A DNA stretch of 57,767 nt, from contig JAVECO010000154.1 in assembly GCA_051942205.1 (NCBI GenBank), positions 1 through 57,767 on the forward strand, in the 5' to 3' direction. Positions 1-12,835 of this stretch are shown here, piece by piece. Made by a program: the position numbers and the translations under genes. Numbering within the stretch: position 1 is the first letter of the stretch; every line of letters starts with the position of its first letter. This DNA comes from Coniocarpon cinnabarinum (lineage: Eukaryota). Below the pieces are notes generated by a model, which was not told the origin of the DNA, made no database searches, and worked only from the letters and a program-made list of their open reading frames with translations.

Positions 1-591
1 GGGCGGGAGAGGGAGGTGTAATTCCAGACCCAGGTCACCGTTTGATCGACCTTGTAATATTGCGTGGCGGTGGATTGGGTATTCGGAGTGATCATGTTGA
101 CGCCACCGGGTTGAGCACCGGCGGAGATTTTGTTGGTGTACTGTGAGCTTGGAGAGGCGGTGGTGGAATTGGCATTATTGCTATCGTCGGATTTGGGGGC
201 ATCAGAGCCAGAAGAAGAAGCAGAGCCAGAACTAGAGCCAGAGCCAGAGGCACTGTCTGTAGGCTGGGCGCTGGAGTCTGTGGGTTGATTGGAGCCGCTG
301 GAAGAGGCGTCATTGGTTGATGAAGGCGCTGCAGATGAAGAGTCTGATGGTGGCGCGGAGGACGAAGGGGGCGGTGCGTCTGGGAGAGATGTTAGTGTCA
401 ATAATTATGCCGAGGGGCTCAAACGCAATCGATTACTGACTATTATCCCCTCCACCATTGTCTTGTCGCTTTTGGTACAAGCCATTCTCCTGTGCTAATG
501 CTTTGATGTCGTGTATTGATGGTGGCCAGGGCCATGCTGATGTGAATGTGGAGAGGGCGAGGGCGGATGCGAGAAGTTGAAGAGGCTTCAT
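1..591 (-). CDS. Secreted Ser-rich fungal protein, 3' end beyond window (exons 591-441, 379-<1)
   Basis: Not in ORF track. ATG at 591 gives signal peptide MKPLQLLASALALSTFTSAWPWP and a Kex2-like KR site. Intron 440-380 (GTCAGT..CTAAC..CAG). Then a Ser-rich linker and PGGVNMITP..YYKVDQTVTWVWNYTSL, a motif I recall from conserved fungal hypothetical proteins. Confidence 0.8.
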
Positions 592-1347
592 AGTGAAGAC
601 CCGATGAGCCTGGGCGGCTCAACAATTTATATTAATGCGCGGATGGCGGATTCGTAAAAGATGTGATAGTTTCAAGCGCTCTCAGTTGCAGTCCTAGGGC
701 CTGAACTTGCAAGGCTTGCAAGGTGAAAGTTGGGATGGATGACGGGGCCCGGGCGCTCCCAGCAGTTGCCTCCACGTGGATATGGGTTGGTATTAAACGA
801 TCGTCGGCGGTGGAAGCGAATGCTAGCAACGGTGTGATCAGTAATTAGAAAACTTGTGGTAAGACAGCGCCGGTGAACGAGTGTGGGTGGGCTGGGAGAC
901 TGGGCTGATGAAGGGGAAAACAGACTGGCAAAAGACAGACGAGTCGTCCCCACAGCAATCGGGGTCCATTTCGACGCTAGTCCTGGATCGTGTCCCGAAT
1001 ATCGCTCACCATGCAGTGCCACCTATATTTATAGAGTACTTCCCCTGACGCGCCGGCAGGGTCTCGTTGGCTCCGACTTGTATCGCAAGGTATGTCCAAT
1101 ATGCACAGGTAGAAATGGCCAACTCTAGTCGCAGGCTCTGGGTATCTAGAGTCTCAGTGACATGTTGAAGCGCAGGTAGTACGGTGGGGCCAGAAACAAT
1201 CGACATATGGGCCACACGCAACGTTAAAGTGCTCACACAGCCGCGCCAGTCGATGCGATGATTTCTAGTCATTCTCTAATACATCAATGCTGCTTGATAA
1301 TGCATGTCGTACATCACATTCGTTGTATGCTTCCCCAGTACAGCTAC

Positions 1348-3040
1348 TCATTTATTGCCTGCGCTCAAATCCACATTAAACTTCCATCCACCTGTGAACA
1401 ACCATGTCAGCAAGCCGTGAAAGGGAGTAGTCGGGTCAGCGATGAAGAGGGGAAAGCCAAACCTACCTGTGCTTAAAGTCTGGGCGGTGGTGTCCAGTAC
1501 AATGACTCTGCGCTTCGAGCAGTAACTGATCTTGTCCATCATCTCCACTTTCAAGTCCTTCAGTTGATCTGTCGGCTTCTCAAACAGCTCGCTCAAGTTC
1601 TCCACGGCCAATTCCAGATCTTTCTGATTGTCCTCGAATATCTCGGTTTGGTTGTTCCGCGCCAGATAAAATGCAAACGCGTATGTCCATTTCAATGTTT
1701 GTCGGCATTCTTGCAGGCATTTGCTCGCCGCCTGCAGAAATTGGACCTCGATCCAGGAGAGGTTGGAATCGCTTTGCAACTTTGTCATTTTCTTTTCCGC
1801 CTTCAGAGCAATATCCTTATCAAGCTTGGCCGACTGCTCATGATTGGCGTAGCGGTTGTAGTAGTGCAAGTACCGCTCGAGCGAGGCGCGGCTCTTAGCT
1901 TGTGCGTCTCGAGCATCATGGCCACTCTTTTCTTCGTATCGGCTGCAGTTGTACCAACTCGTGCCATGCTCGGACCAAACACCCATACACATCCAACAGA
2001 ACTCGTGCTTGCACTTGCGACACGTCATATGGTTGCAGCCACCGTTCTTCTCAATGGTCGAGAAACATCTCGGACATTCTTTCGTGTTGGCGGAGATCCA
2101 GTTTGCAGTTTCTGAGTCGTCAGCACATTTTTTAAGCCACTTTTTGACCACTGGACAAGGTGCAGGCTGATGGTCATTTAGGGTGCAGCCGAAACAAAAT
2201 GCATGGCCGCAGTTGCAAGTGACGGTGGGGACCACTCGACCAAGATCCTTCTGCTTCACGCCGCATTCTACAGCATGTTCGCAATTGGGAGCCGGGCACC
2301 ACTTCAGGTTGTCCTTGTCATCCACATACGTTCGTAGGAGCAAATCTTCGTATCGACTTTTGACCTCGTCTGCGATGAGCAGGTCAATAGACCTCGAATC
2401 CACGATCTGATTGCATCCATCCCCGGGACATCTGATCCGAGCCGATTCACCTTCTTCCTTGACTTTCTGCGTTAAATATTGGCGATAACAGTCGGAACAG
2501 AAGCGGTGCTCGCATTTCATAGCGAAAGTTTGGAGCTCTGGGGAGTCCTCACAACAAATTTCGCAGACAAAGCCGGGCATCTTCTTCAACTGCCTTGGTG
2601 CAGAGTCACGCCTGCCGAGTCCAGCGCACTCTAGGACTTCATCTTCCTTCTCCATGTACGACTCGATAAGCTTCTCTTTGTTCCATCGAGCGTGTCGGAG
2701 TAGGATTGCCGTGCTTTCTGGCGGCTGGTCAAGTATGTGTGACACTTCGCTGATTTGTGCGTCCTGGGACTTCTGGACCTCTTTCGAACTGTACACTTTG
2801 TAGTTGACTTCAAAGGCCTTTTTGCCTGGCTTTAGATCTCTGTCGTGTATGTCAAGGTCGTCATCGAGGTCTTCGTCAAACGTGACATCTGGACAGTTGG
2901 TATTAGACCGAAGTTCAGCAATGATTTGAGCTTCTCGCAAAAACATTCATACCGTCTACACTGACATCACTGTCTGGATCCTCAAAATCATCGAGGACTC
3001 CGCTCGAACCGACTGAATTAAAGTCGTCGTCGGAATCCAT
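1348..3040 (-). CDS. HEL1: Ariadne-type RBR (RING-IBR-RING) E3 ubiquitin ligase; exons 3040-2953, 2888-1467, 1391-1348
   Basis: Acidic N-terminus MDSDDDF; RING1 CEICC..CEHRFC; IBR WCPAPNC..CGHAFCFGC; RING2 CPRC..IEKNGGCNHMTC..FCWMC; Ariadne domain RASLERYLHYYNRY. Canonical introns 2952-2889 and 1466-1392. Orthologue symbol is inferred. Confidence 0.93.
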
Positions 3041-4027
3041 GTTCGTTGTTGGTGGCGTGTGTGGAGCGGGAGCTGGAACGAACTCGTCTACTCCGTTGCT
3101 TTTGGCAGCCGCTTTGCTTGAATTTGTCCTGCGTTTCTTACGAACGGCCGGTCGTCCCCCGGTTGAGACACTTGGCTGAGGTACAGGTCGAGAGACAGTA
3201 GATGGTGGACTGGATTGCTGTGCCTGGCGCGACAGGTTCTGCGTCACGAGAGAAGCAGATTCAGGGTCAAGGTTTTGAGGGTTGGCGTTATCTGATGCCT
3301 TGCGCTTGCTTCTTGTTAACGGAGACGTCGTGGACAGTGCAGAGGCCGAGTCCTGCCGATGCACGGCAGAACCCGTCAAGACGGCGGCGGCGGCGGCGGC
3401 GAAGGAAATGTGGCAACGTCAGTGCACGCCGGATGACCCAGGTGTGGCAAACATGCGGTCGAAATGAAGCGAGTGTACAAGTTGGGCAAATGAAGGCGTC
3501 ACAGGCGGGTATGCAACGAGCTGACTTGATTACGGCGAACAAGCAGGCACGAGGACCTTTCAGGTTCTTAGGTCGGATGATGGTTTGGAGAGGCAGAAGC
3601 AGTTCGGGTCGGATCTGGTAACGCGTGCCTCATCAGGTGACACGTGACCAGCAGGCGGTGTGCACAGGCACTCCAGGAACACTGCACTTATCATTCAGGA
3701 GATTTTTAAAACGATGATGATGGGCACCATCATGTTCACATTCAGACATTCTATCATTTGCGAAGTAGGAAGCTGTATGTAGCTCACGCAACACTGTGAA
3801 CCGTGGCTTCTCCTCGAGTCCAATCAAGGCGCAGTCTTTGCTTCGCAAGCCTCGCAGACGTGCCTCCGGCGAACATCAAAACGCTCGCTTCACAAGTGCC
3901 AATGCTCTTCCACGTCCAACGCAATGCTCCTGCGTCATACTGTCGTGACATGTGTATAGCTACTCTGTCAAACACTTTTCATCATTTCATAAAGTCGTGT
4001 GCGATTTTGCGGCCGTAGTCACGCAGC

Positions 4028-6235
4028 TCAAGCCTTCCGATAGCGTCGAATGGTGCCTGAGTTGCTTTTCGCAAGACATCCAAAGGCTCCCGCCAAAGCT
4101 TGGTCATCAGTGAAGGGATCCGTCATCTCTACATCCGCACGAGCCTGCTCTTGCTGCTCTCGCTGTGAGTCCAATTTTGCTATACTGCCCAGACCTTGAG
4201 GAAACAAGCTCCGCGGAAACGTGTTGCTCATGCCGACGTTGCTCATCGGTGCAAATGGAGATCCCAGCCGCCGCGCAGCGTCGTTCCCAAAGGTGGGAGC
4301 TGGCATCTGCTGAGAGGCGTGTGGCTGGAACGGCGTGCCTAGCTTAGGCGGCCCATGCTCTTGGATGGGTTGCTCACGTGGGGCTTGTGCGCTCGAGGAG
4401 GCTTGCTGGGGGTCCGTGGTGGAGGGTGGCGTGAATAGTTCACTGAGCTGTCTTGAACTCTGGCGTGATTCATTGGAGTTGTTTCGCACCGCCCCCAGAC
4501 TAAATCCACGGCTACGCACACGTCGCTTCCCACTTGCTGTGGCAGGATCTCGGAAAACGTCCTCGAGAAAACTTTGTCGCAGCTCGGGATTATCAGAGAG
4601 CAGCTCCTCGCCCAGCTGGTACTGAGCCCGTCGCTTCATGCTTGCGGTCATTGGTCTTGGCTGGTGAATCTCCAGTGGGGAGGCCTGTCGACGTTGCGGG
4701 GGGACCGCTCGAGAAGCCTGTAAGGAGCGGAAAGGTCGGAGTGTTGGCTCGTCGTTGTGATTAGAAGCTGTGTGCGAAGCATTCGTCCCATTGTGTGACT
4801 TCTCCTGGAAAGGCGAAGCTAGTTGTCGAAGTGATGCGAGACCCTCTTGATGCTGCTGTTGGTTATTCACGCCAAAGGTGGATTGCATAGACGAGCTCTT
4901 TACATGAGGGTTGGAACGCTGTGGCGTCCTCGGCTGAGATGAGGAGAGTTGTGATAACGGATTGCCAGGCTGCATCGAGGTTGCAGTGCTGGTGGTCAGC
5001 ATTGCATTCATGTGCCGGGTTGAGAAGGCGGTCTGCTCCGAGTCTGCTTCGCGTGGTGAACTGATGCCTTGTGTCTGTGAACTGGATGACTCGAACGGCG
5101 ACGGCGAACGGCTATGCATGAGGCGCTGATAGTGTGGCGAGAGTGCAGGTTTATGCTTGCAGAGCTCTCGGAGGCGTTTGCGTGTTGCAGAGTTTGAGAA
5201 TGGCCATTTTGCAGGGTGACGTCGAGCTCCTGCAGAAAGGCTGCGACCCGGAACAGGCGCTTTGATTGTGTCCGGTGAGTCGGCCGATGTATTCGAGGGC
5301 TCATGCAAAGTCGCGTCTATGCTTGCAAAACTCGCAGACGAGTTCTCACTTAGAGCACTCAGCGTGCTCCGTGGACCCTTCCAGTTCTTCTTCGCGCGCC
5401 GAGCAACGCGGTGACAAACACCAAGTGGAGGTGCAATACCTGGGAGTGTTTTGAAGGGGGTGTTGACCGGATCCGAGAGATAAGTCATGTACGATAACCA
5501 GAGGTGTTCATCCAATTCGAGAGTCCATTCGGCATCAGCATACTTTTTGAGCCGTCTGCCTTGGACTTGAACATCTTTTGGGATTGCGGATGGCATGAGT
5601 TCTGACTTTACATCGCTTGGTGTGAAAGGATCCAGCAGCTCGCTGTTGGGGCTGATGATGCTTTCTCCCACGGTCTCTGTAGTGCCAAAGCTACTCACAG
5701 AGGACGCCGAGGAGTCGGAAAGTTCTGACCACGTTGACGAAGGTCGTGTAATGCTTTCGCCTTTGCTCCACTGCGAATGAGCTGACCATGGTTCTGGAGT
5801 TTTCAAACCGTCGCTAAAATAAGACATCGAAGTCTGCAATTTCGAAAGAGGGGTGATTGGCGCAGTCTCAGACGTCACGAGCATATGCGTTTCCGGGAGA
5901 TCCGGGGCTGAGGTAGTTGGCGGGTTCGTGCCAGTGGACTCAGGCACAGAGAGCTCTATCGATGGTGTGCGATAGTTGGAGGAGAGTTGCTCGTGCGAGA
6001 TGACATGGGACATCAAGGTAGGTCGCCTCCTCTTTATACGCACTTTAGGAGGCTCTGGCGGCCGTGTTAGATCGGGGGTTGAGCTAGTTTGCGGTTGGGG
6101 CGTTCGAGGTGTGGACATGGATTCGTCCTGCGGTGAAGATGATACGGACGGCATAGTATGCAGTGCTCGGGATGGTGACGGAGTACGGGGAGTGCGCGAC
6201 GCAGTTCCGCTGCTCAACAGGCCATGACTGTCCAT
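4028..6235 (-). CDS. Ser/Pro-rich fungal hypothetical protein (~735 aa)
   Basis: Long uninterrupted ORF, first ATG at 6235 (track starts at an upstream TTG). Low complexity with one globular-looking block, WTLELDEHLWLSYMTYLSDP..PPLGVCHRVARRAKKNW. Confidence 0.8.
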   Translation of the reverse strand: MDSHGLLSSGTASRTPRTPSPSRALHTMPSVSSSPQDESMSTPRTPQPQTSSTPDLTRPPEPPKVRIKRRRPTLMSHVISHEQLSSNYRTPSIELSVPESTGTNPPTTSAPDLPETHMLVTSETAPITPLSKLQTSMSYFSDGLKTPEPWSAHSQWSKGESITRPSSTWSELSDSSASSVSSFGTTETVGESIISPNSELLDPFTPSDVKSELMPSAIPKDVQVQGRRLKKYADAEWTLELDEHLWLSYMTYLSDPVNTPFKTLPGIAPPLGVCHRVARRAKKNWKGPRSTLSALSENSSASFASIDATLHEPSNTSADSPDTIKAPVPGRSLSAGARRHPAKWPFSNSATRKRLRELCKHKPALSPHYQRLMHSRSPSPFESSSSQTQGISSPREADSEQTAFSTRHMNAMLTTSTATSMQPGNPLSQLSSSQPRTPQRSNPHVKSSSMQSTFGVNNQQQHQEGLASLRQLASPFQEKSHNGTNASHTASNHNDEPTLRPFRSLQASRAVPPQRRQASPLEIHQPRPMTASMKRRAQYQLGEELLSDNPELRQSFLEDVFRDPATASGKRRVRSRGFSLGAVRNNSNESRQSSRQLSELFTPPSTTDPQQASSSAQAPREQPIQEHGPPKLGTPFQPHASQQMPAPTFGNDAARRLGSPFAPMSNVGMSNTFPRSLFPQGLGSIAKLDSQREQQEQARADVEMTDPFTDDQALAGAFGCLAKSNSGTIRRYRKA

Positions 6236-9200
6236 ATTACAGTTCGCGCGACTTTGAAGATTGATTCTCGATCGGATGTCCAAAGATGAGGATGTGCAGT
6301 CAGTAGATGTGGCGCGGGCTGTTCAGAACAGCTGGTGTATAGGCCGCCGAAACCAATGTCGTGACAATATTCACCCAATGTACGCCAGCATTTCGTAGCA
6401 GGATCATAAGTCGTGAATCATCCTGGCTATCAAGATCGTAACCCAGACAGTCTCCCGGAATCATTCAACGTAGGTGTTTGCCTTGACGAGGAGCAGCCGC
6501 ACACGTGTTTGACCACCAGGCGATGTATTCTAAGGAGGTGCTTCTGCTGCTGTCGCGACTGCCAAGGCGTGACGACGAAGAGATGTAGAGAGGGTGTCCG
6601 GAGACGCGCGCACAACGCAGAGAACAGATGGAGCTGGAAGCTTAGAAGCAACCGGCAAGTCGTCCGCAACCGAAGCGGAAAAGGAGTGGCTGGTAGGAAG
6701 ATGAGCGAAAGACACGGCGCGACCGTTTAGTCGGTTCGTCTCGCCGTAAAAAACAGAATTCGAAGCCAGTCGCGACAGCCTGATCTTAGAAAGATGATGA
6801 CAGTGTTGTGAAGGAGGATGCAGTGAGGTAGAGACGTGAATGTAGTTGGCGTGTGGTGGTGTGGAGTTTCGCTTGCGAGGGAGGGTGCTCGGACCACCCG
6901 AACCAAGGCGTCGGATCTGGAGAGGAAGCCGCCCACGCCGGATTGATCCAGAGGTTGGCCGTGGGACTGGAGGCTCGTCCAACGACGCTGACGCAAATGC
7001 TGGAGTGAACAACAAACGACGTCCGAGTGCAGAGACACGGCCGGAAATTTCAGGCGAGACAGTCGCAGACGGAAAAAGGTGCGCTGATTCAGTGGGTAGG
7101 TTGGGGGAGGTTACAGCGACCCATATAAAATGGAGGATGGGGGAGGGCCTAGCTTTGAAGATCGCAGATGGTCAGGCTGGCTTTAATGGGCGTCTCAGTG
7201 GAAGAAAGCGCAATGGACAGCTGGCGATAGCGCGACCGCCGTCGCGGAAGATGTAAAATTAAGCCCGGCCGCCAGACTATCTAGTGAGGAGTTTGGTACC
7301 AAGCACGCGTTTGGACCAGCATATGCCTCCTCAAAAAGCGGACTACTCCACCACCACCAATGCACACTTTTAATAGCTCAAGCTGCCCTCTGTCGACCCC
7401 TCAGCATCTGCAGGTCTTGGGCCAAGTTCGGCGTCAAGGTTGGGGCGTCTGGGGAACTCCAACCTAAGGCGCCCTGTGACGGGAGCTTGACACGTCCAAA
7501 GGCTTAGCGTGACGCGTCCCGGACGCGTGCGCTTGATGAGCTGTCTTTGCTCCTCCTCCTCTGCGTCCTGCAGCAACAGCAAACTTGTCCCAATCCCAAG
7601 CTCCTCCCTCATCAGGATTACCTGGGAACAAAGTTGAGTCGCATATGTCATGGCGTATACAAGAGCGTTTCTATAGTCAGATTATTCGAGCACACTTAGT
7701 ATGTAGTCGTGAAATTGAGTTCAGAGTAAAAAATTCTAACCAAAGTCTTGAGATAATTCAAGGAAAAAGAGTAATATTTGCGCTGTAGCATTTGCGCCAT
7801 GATTCCTGCTACCATACCTTGCGCATTCCTCCCAGCCTGAACTCCACACTTTGAACATGTCGGTCAGATGTGTAGGAGCGCTAAAGTCAAGCCGTTTTCC
7901 AGATCGCCGCAGTCCACCCAACTCACTAGGGTCGCATTGATTGGCGTGCTGCGAGGCTGCCCTCTGCCGTGTGATTGAATCGTCCTCAAAAACACTAGAC
8001 ACGTGTAGCGTACGACCGGCCCTGCATAAATGCATCTCCCTCAACGCCTCGACCAGACTTTCGCCACAGGCGGTGCAGTCACTACAGCAGCCTGCCGGCG
8101 CAGGCACGTCGAAAGCGCGTTTGCAGTCTTCTTTTCGCTGATTAGGCTCCACATGGACAGCTTACCGAGTGTTAATTGACTGACAACGCCGGCTCGCTCA
8201 TCTTCTTAGTCCATAGTCCAGAACGTATTAGGGAGGACGAAAAGTCCCCGAGCAAGACATGCGCTATGTGCTCGAATCATGCGCTAGCGTTGAGCAGCTT
8301 TTGCTTGCTCCACAATCGAGGTTGTATCTATCATGCAAAGTGTGTGAATGTGTCCGGTAGCAAGCACCAAAGAAATGATCACGTTCAAGGCAAAAAGATC
8401 TTGGGCGAGATCCTGTGCAGGTGTAATGGATATCTATTATGATAAGATGACTATGCGCCTACGACTCGCGCTCGATCCTCGCTCATATGCTGATTGATCG
8501 ATGCTGACAGCATCAGGTGCGATGAACCCTGCAGAATCCCATAATGGAAACAATTGCAAAGCTCTGACGGGAGTAGACAGTCTGAGGCTACCAAGTAGAG
8601 TCCTGCCCTCGCAAGGGCCTCATGGGAAAGCACTTGCCGCGCTACAATTCGGCATCTTATAGCACAGACGGAGCTTTCGCTTGTATCGAGAGCTGTACAA
8701 ACCAAACCCTGCTTACCGTAAAGGCTCGCTGCCTGATATAAATGCGGCAACGACCTTTGCCTGTGACCCTTGTCGTCAGTGCGCTCTAATAACAGCGCTG
8801 GAGAGTCCCCACGAGATGAGCCCAGTATTGCTATTAAGGTGCACCTCGACTTCAGTTGTATACTCCTAATGCTAGAGTGATAAGAGTATTAAGCCGTACC
8901 TGCAGCAGCCTGATCTTGTACTACGACCTGTGGGATAAAGCAGGCATCGCTCGCCCGTCCGCCAAAATGAGCATCAAGCGAATTCCACAAGCGATGTCAA
9001 GGCCCTCACAAATATCACGAGGTGCCCGCATCGTCTGCAGTTTGTATGACCGTTGAAAGGGTTATTTTAACGATAATTCTACAAGGTTGATGACTACACG
9101 GTGGCTCGAGGCATCGCCCACGTCATTGACAACGTGGGTGCCTTCAAGTTGGTATCAAAGCTACACAACGTGACACAGAGCCGGAGCTGTCTCGTCTCCC

Positions 9201-10614
9201 CAACAGATTGACTCAGACCTCCGAGATGGCGTGATCAAGCGGAGCTTGTGGGTCTGTAGAGTAGATTAACGTTCCTCCATGATTTCATGCTGAAGTTGTC
9301 GAGTTAGTCTTGTTCCACCAGTTCAAGACCGAGACTCCAAGTCTCTGGTAGGTCCAGTTGTAGCGGACTAGATCTAAAAGTTGGTGCGTCAATTGCAAAT
9401 ATTTCGTCAAGCCGCTAATGACGAAGATTGGATTTACGTCAGGAGGCCACGCCTGTCAAGCAGGCAGGGTGTACAAATCGAGCATGGATTCTATTATCGC
9501 TGCTGCAGGTACGCGCAAAGACGGGCGCACCAAGGCGGTCATGAGCCTCAGCCCAAGTAATGTCAAGTCTGTAACGCAGCTGGCTTCGGTAGACTGGCCG
9601 AAAAGCTACGAAGCCTCGAAACCGGGCGAAAGCTTGCAAGCATTTGACTGCATGATTCGTCTGTAAGAGGGGACCATCCCTGACTTTCCGACACTAGGGT
9701 ACTCAACATGTCCCAACGTCAGAAGTCTTTTGCGTGATATTTTGAGCTCCTAGGAAGCTGCTTTTGCTATCAGCTGGGACAATAGAACGATGGCGTCAGC
9801 GATGATAGCACCACCGTGAAGCATCGATTCTGGAAAGTTGGCAAGCTGGAGACCCTGGGAAGATTGGAACTTCTCACGGTTTGACTAGTTGCTGCAAGAT
9901 GACACGGCTTACCCCGTGCATTCTCGGACGTTGTTCGACTTTGTTCGACTTTGTGCCGAGTCGGTGCTGCCAGCAGTCTTTTACATAATAGATGCAGCAA
10001 GCGTCAAGAGGAAATCAAGTGGAAGGATGGCGTGGAACGGAGCGCCTTCCGAGTGCCAGAATTGCTGTGCACGAGCCACGCCCTGAGGATGGAAGCGCGG
10101 AGGAATACCGCCCTTCCTTGGTCGAGAAGGCCTTTCCCCAGAATGTTACCCGCCCCTGGGTGCGCTAGGCCTGCTGCCACGTTCCCCGTACACATTTTTA
10201 TCAGTGCCTGTAGTCCGTCATACGCCAGCATCCCCTTCTCTACCGAAGACTCAATCCTGGCCCATCCTCCACTACTGCGCAGCAGCAAGCCTCCAATCTC
10301 CACATCCTTCGGATCACCACCGCTCAGGTATGTCAAACCGGTGCACACAAGCCGACGTCAGGAGCGCCAGTTGATTGACTCTTTCCCAGGCTTTTTCTAC
10401 AGGAGCTCCATCCTGTAACATCTCAACTTCTTATCTTGCCGAGCTCCTCACCTTTCCCAACTTCTCCTCGTACACACCATCCAGCGAGAGAAGCAATCTG
10501 TCAATCAGTTGTTCCACTTAGTTTCTGACAGGACGTCGTCCTCAAATCCTTTTGCCCTGTTCAATGATCCCTGAGTCTTGACACATATCACCGGCTCTTA
10601 TCAGATCGTCAAAA

Positions 10615-11028
10615 ATGTCGTCTTCGGTCATGCCGTTGCCAAATCATAACACAACACCCCTCGTGGCGCCTCAACCACGCCGCGCAGCCCTCAAGCTCCC
10701 ATTACCTCCTTCGCCATGGGGCCCTCCAAATGATGATCTTGGCGTCCTTGTGTCCGATGCCATTCGAGCTCAGCCACACCCTCGACGCACACAACCCGAA
10801 TTCAAGTGCAACAACCTCTCACGAGATCCTCCACCACCTCCGCCGACACCAGCCGAGAACACACCGATGAGCTGCAGGTATTCTCCATTCGCCGATTCAA
10901 GGAGTAGTGGCGAGTCGAAGAGGGTCTCTTTCTTGGAAGTCTGGACTGATGATGATGGAGGAAGTGGCAGAACGAGCTTCGATTCGGATCATGAATCTTA
11001 TCGCGTGACAACGGAGAAGCTCAGATAA
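10615..11028 (+). CDS. Small Pro-rich hypothetical protein (137 aa)
   Basis: ATG in good context (CAAAATG). Pyrimidine-rich leader with a plausible 5'-UTR intron (GTATGT at 10328 to CAG at 10389 or 10402). No recognisable domain. Confidence 0.45.
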   Translation: MSSSVMPLPNHNTTPLVAPQPRRAALKLPLPPSPWGPPNDDLGVLVSDAIRAQPHPRRTQPEFKCNNLSRDPPPPPPTPAENTPMSCRYSPFADSRSSGESKRVSFLEVWTDDDGGSGRTSFDSDHESYRVTTEKLR

Positions 11029-11999
11029 ACTGAAACGCAGGGCAGGCGTGCGTTGAGTTGCAGCGACGAGGTCTCTGAGTGAGAGGCGTCAATCGAGTTC
11101 CAGGGTCCAACATCTCTGATGGGGAAGTGGGTAATGTGGTGCAGTACGTCTCAATGTACTGATGTGTTAGACTTATACCCAACGCAGAGTGACTGCTCCT
11201 TTGCAAATTGTCATGAATGTATGATTTTTCAAGACTTTTGCCTCCAGCGGACTCTTCAGTCCATCGATGGGTGACTCGGCTCTTAACTTGTGTGACTACT
11301 GATGCATCATGGTCCTATGTGTTGCATCACCTTAGCGTCAAAGGCTGTTCCGTCGTCAAAAGACCTTCTCTAGGACTTCGAATAGACCGAAGACACCCTC
11401 AGGCGCTCTAGTATTTGGCAAAGCCATGATAATCGGTCGAAGTCCCCGAATGAAGCTGGGCAGCCTCGTGAGCGAAGCAGAAGGGTACAAAGAAGTGAGC
11501 ATAAGTGGGCATCATGGCGTGGCGAACCAACAGCAAAAAATGTGCAAAATGGACAAAGCCACGTACTGAAAGGAGATGGAAGACAAGAGAGAGGTAGGAG
11601 GGAAGTTGTGTGGTAGAAAACGGGGGGCAACCCGGGGTGCGCTTCATCTGACTACAACTCTTGACATGTGAAAGACCTTAGTGCGATGCAACGGTCCCCA
11701 CACAACCGGATTCCCGACTGTAGACTGCCTACGCTCTTTCTAATTGTTATATTGGCCATCGGATATGCGAACCCGATCCTCTCAATTAGTTAAGCGAAAC
11801 ATACCTATTCAAAGACCGAATGACACTCAGAAAGACATGCAGAGCTGTGGAGGAACCCTTGGGTCTTGTATGAACTTTCTGTATTTGGAAATCTGTGATT
11901 CCAGGACTTACGTGCCATGGAGCTGCGAAAGCGCGCGTGCTTTTTATAATTTCAGATTAGAATCGTCGTTTGAGCTCGCAATAAATAGCAATCCTCGAA

Positions 12000-12835
12000 A
12001 TGGCCGACATAACACTGTTCTCTGTGAATGCCATTGTGATTCTCTGCCCAAGTGACAACAGCAGAATCCTCGCCAAGTAGGTCTATGCTCAAGTAAAAGT
12101 GCGCAAACCAGTCTCACACTTTGAAAGATACTACAGCGCTCCACATCCTCCCGCGAACCTCTCGAATAATGGAAACGATTATCCTGGCTCGAATCCGTAT
12201 CCGAATTTGAAAGATCAGAAAGCCTTTGAGAAGGGACTTCTCGAAAAGACAGCGAAAGTTGCTGGCGATGTGATTCTCTACGACAACCGATGTGTCTGCT
12301 ACAAAGGCGAGAGCGACATACAGATGTACATCGTCGGTGGCGCAGAGGAGAATGAGATATTGTGAGCGGCGGGAATCACCTTGTGTCAGGAGCATGCTAG
12401 AAGGAATGTGCTCACATGGCCGCAGATTGTACAATGCTCTGCTCGCGCTGCGGGACTCATTGAACATACTGTTAAAGTAGGTCTGAGCGAGAAGAACCAG
12501 GGAAATGATAGTAACAGTATTACAGAAGTAGTGTCGACAAGCGCACCATCATTGAGAATTACGGTACGCGCTGGGCATGTGCCATTCTCTGGCGCAGACG
12601 TTTGAGCTGACTCAGACCTTGTGTAGACCTCGTCTCACTTGCTATCGACGAAATATGTGACGACGGAATAATCCTCGAGACCGACCCGATTGTCATCGCA
12701 TCGCGAGTCAGCAAACCACCCGCTCAAGATATGACTAATATTCGTGGAGGAATCGACTTGTCTGAACAAGGTCTTCTGAACGCTTGGGAGTTTGGCAAGA
12801 TGAAGCTTAGCGAAAGATTACGACAGGGTCTATAA
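12000..12835 (+). CDS. RET3: Coatomer subunit zeta; exons 12000-12076, 12128-12361, 12426-12476, 12526-12563, 12627-12835
   Basis: Spliced product MADITLFSVNAIVIL..RILAKYY..QKAFEKGLLEKT..DVILYDNR..EENEILLYNALLALRDSL..VDKRTIIENYDLVSLAIDEICDDGIILETDP..ERLRQGL matches the zeta-COP pattern. Four GT-AG introns keep frame. Confidence 0.95.

Noticed and set aside
9060..9150. Fragment DYTVARGIAHVIDNV (fasciclin-like) and a small hairpin CCCACGT..ACGTGGG
   Set aside because: Very short, needs frameshifts, and has no surrounding gene structure; consistent with chance.
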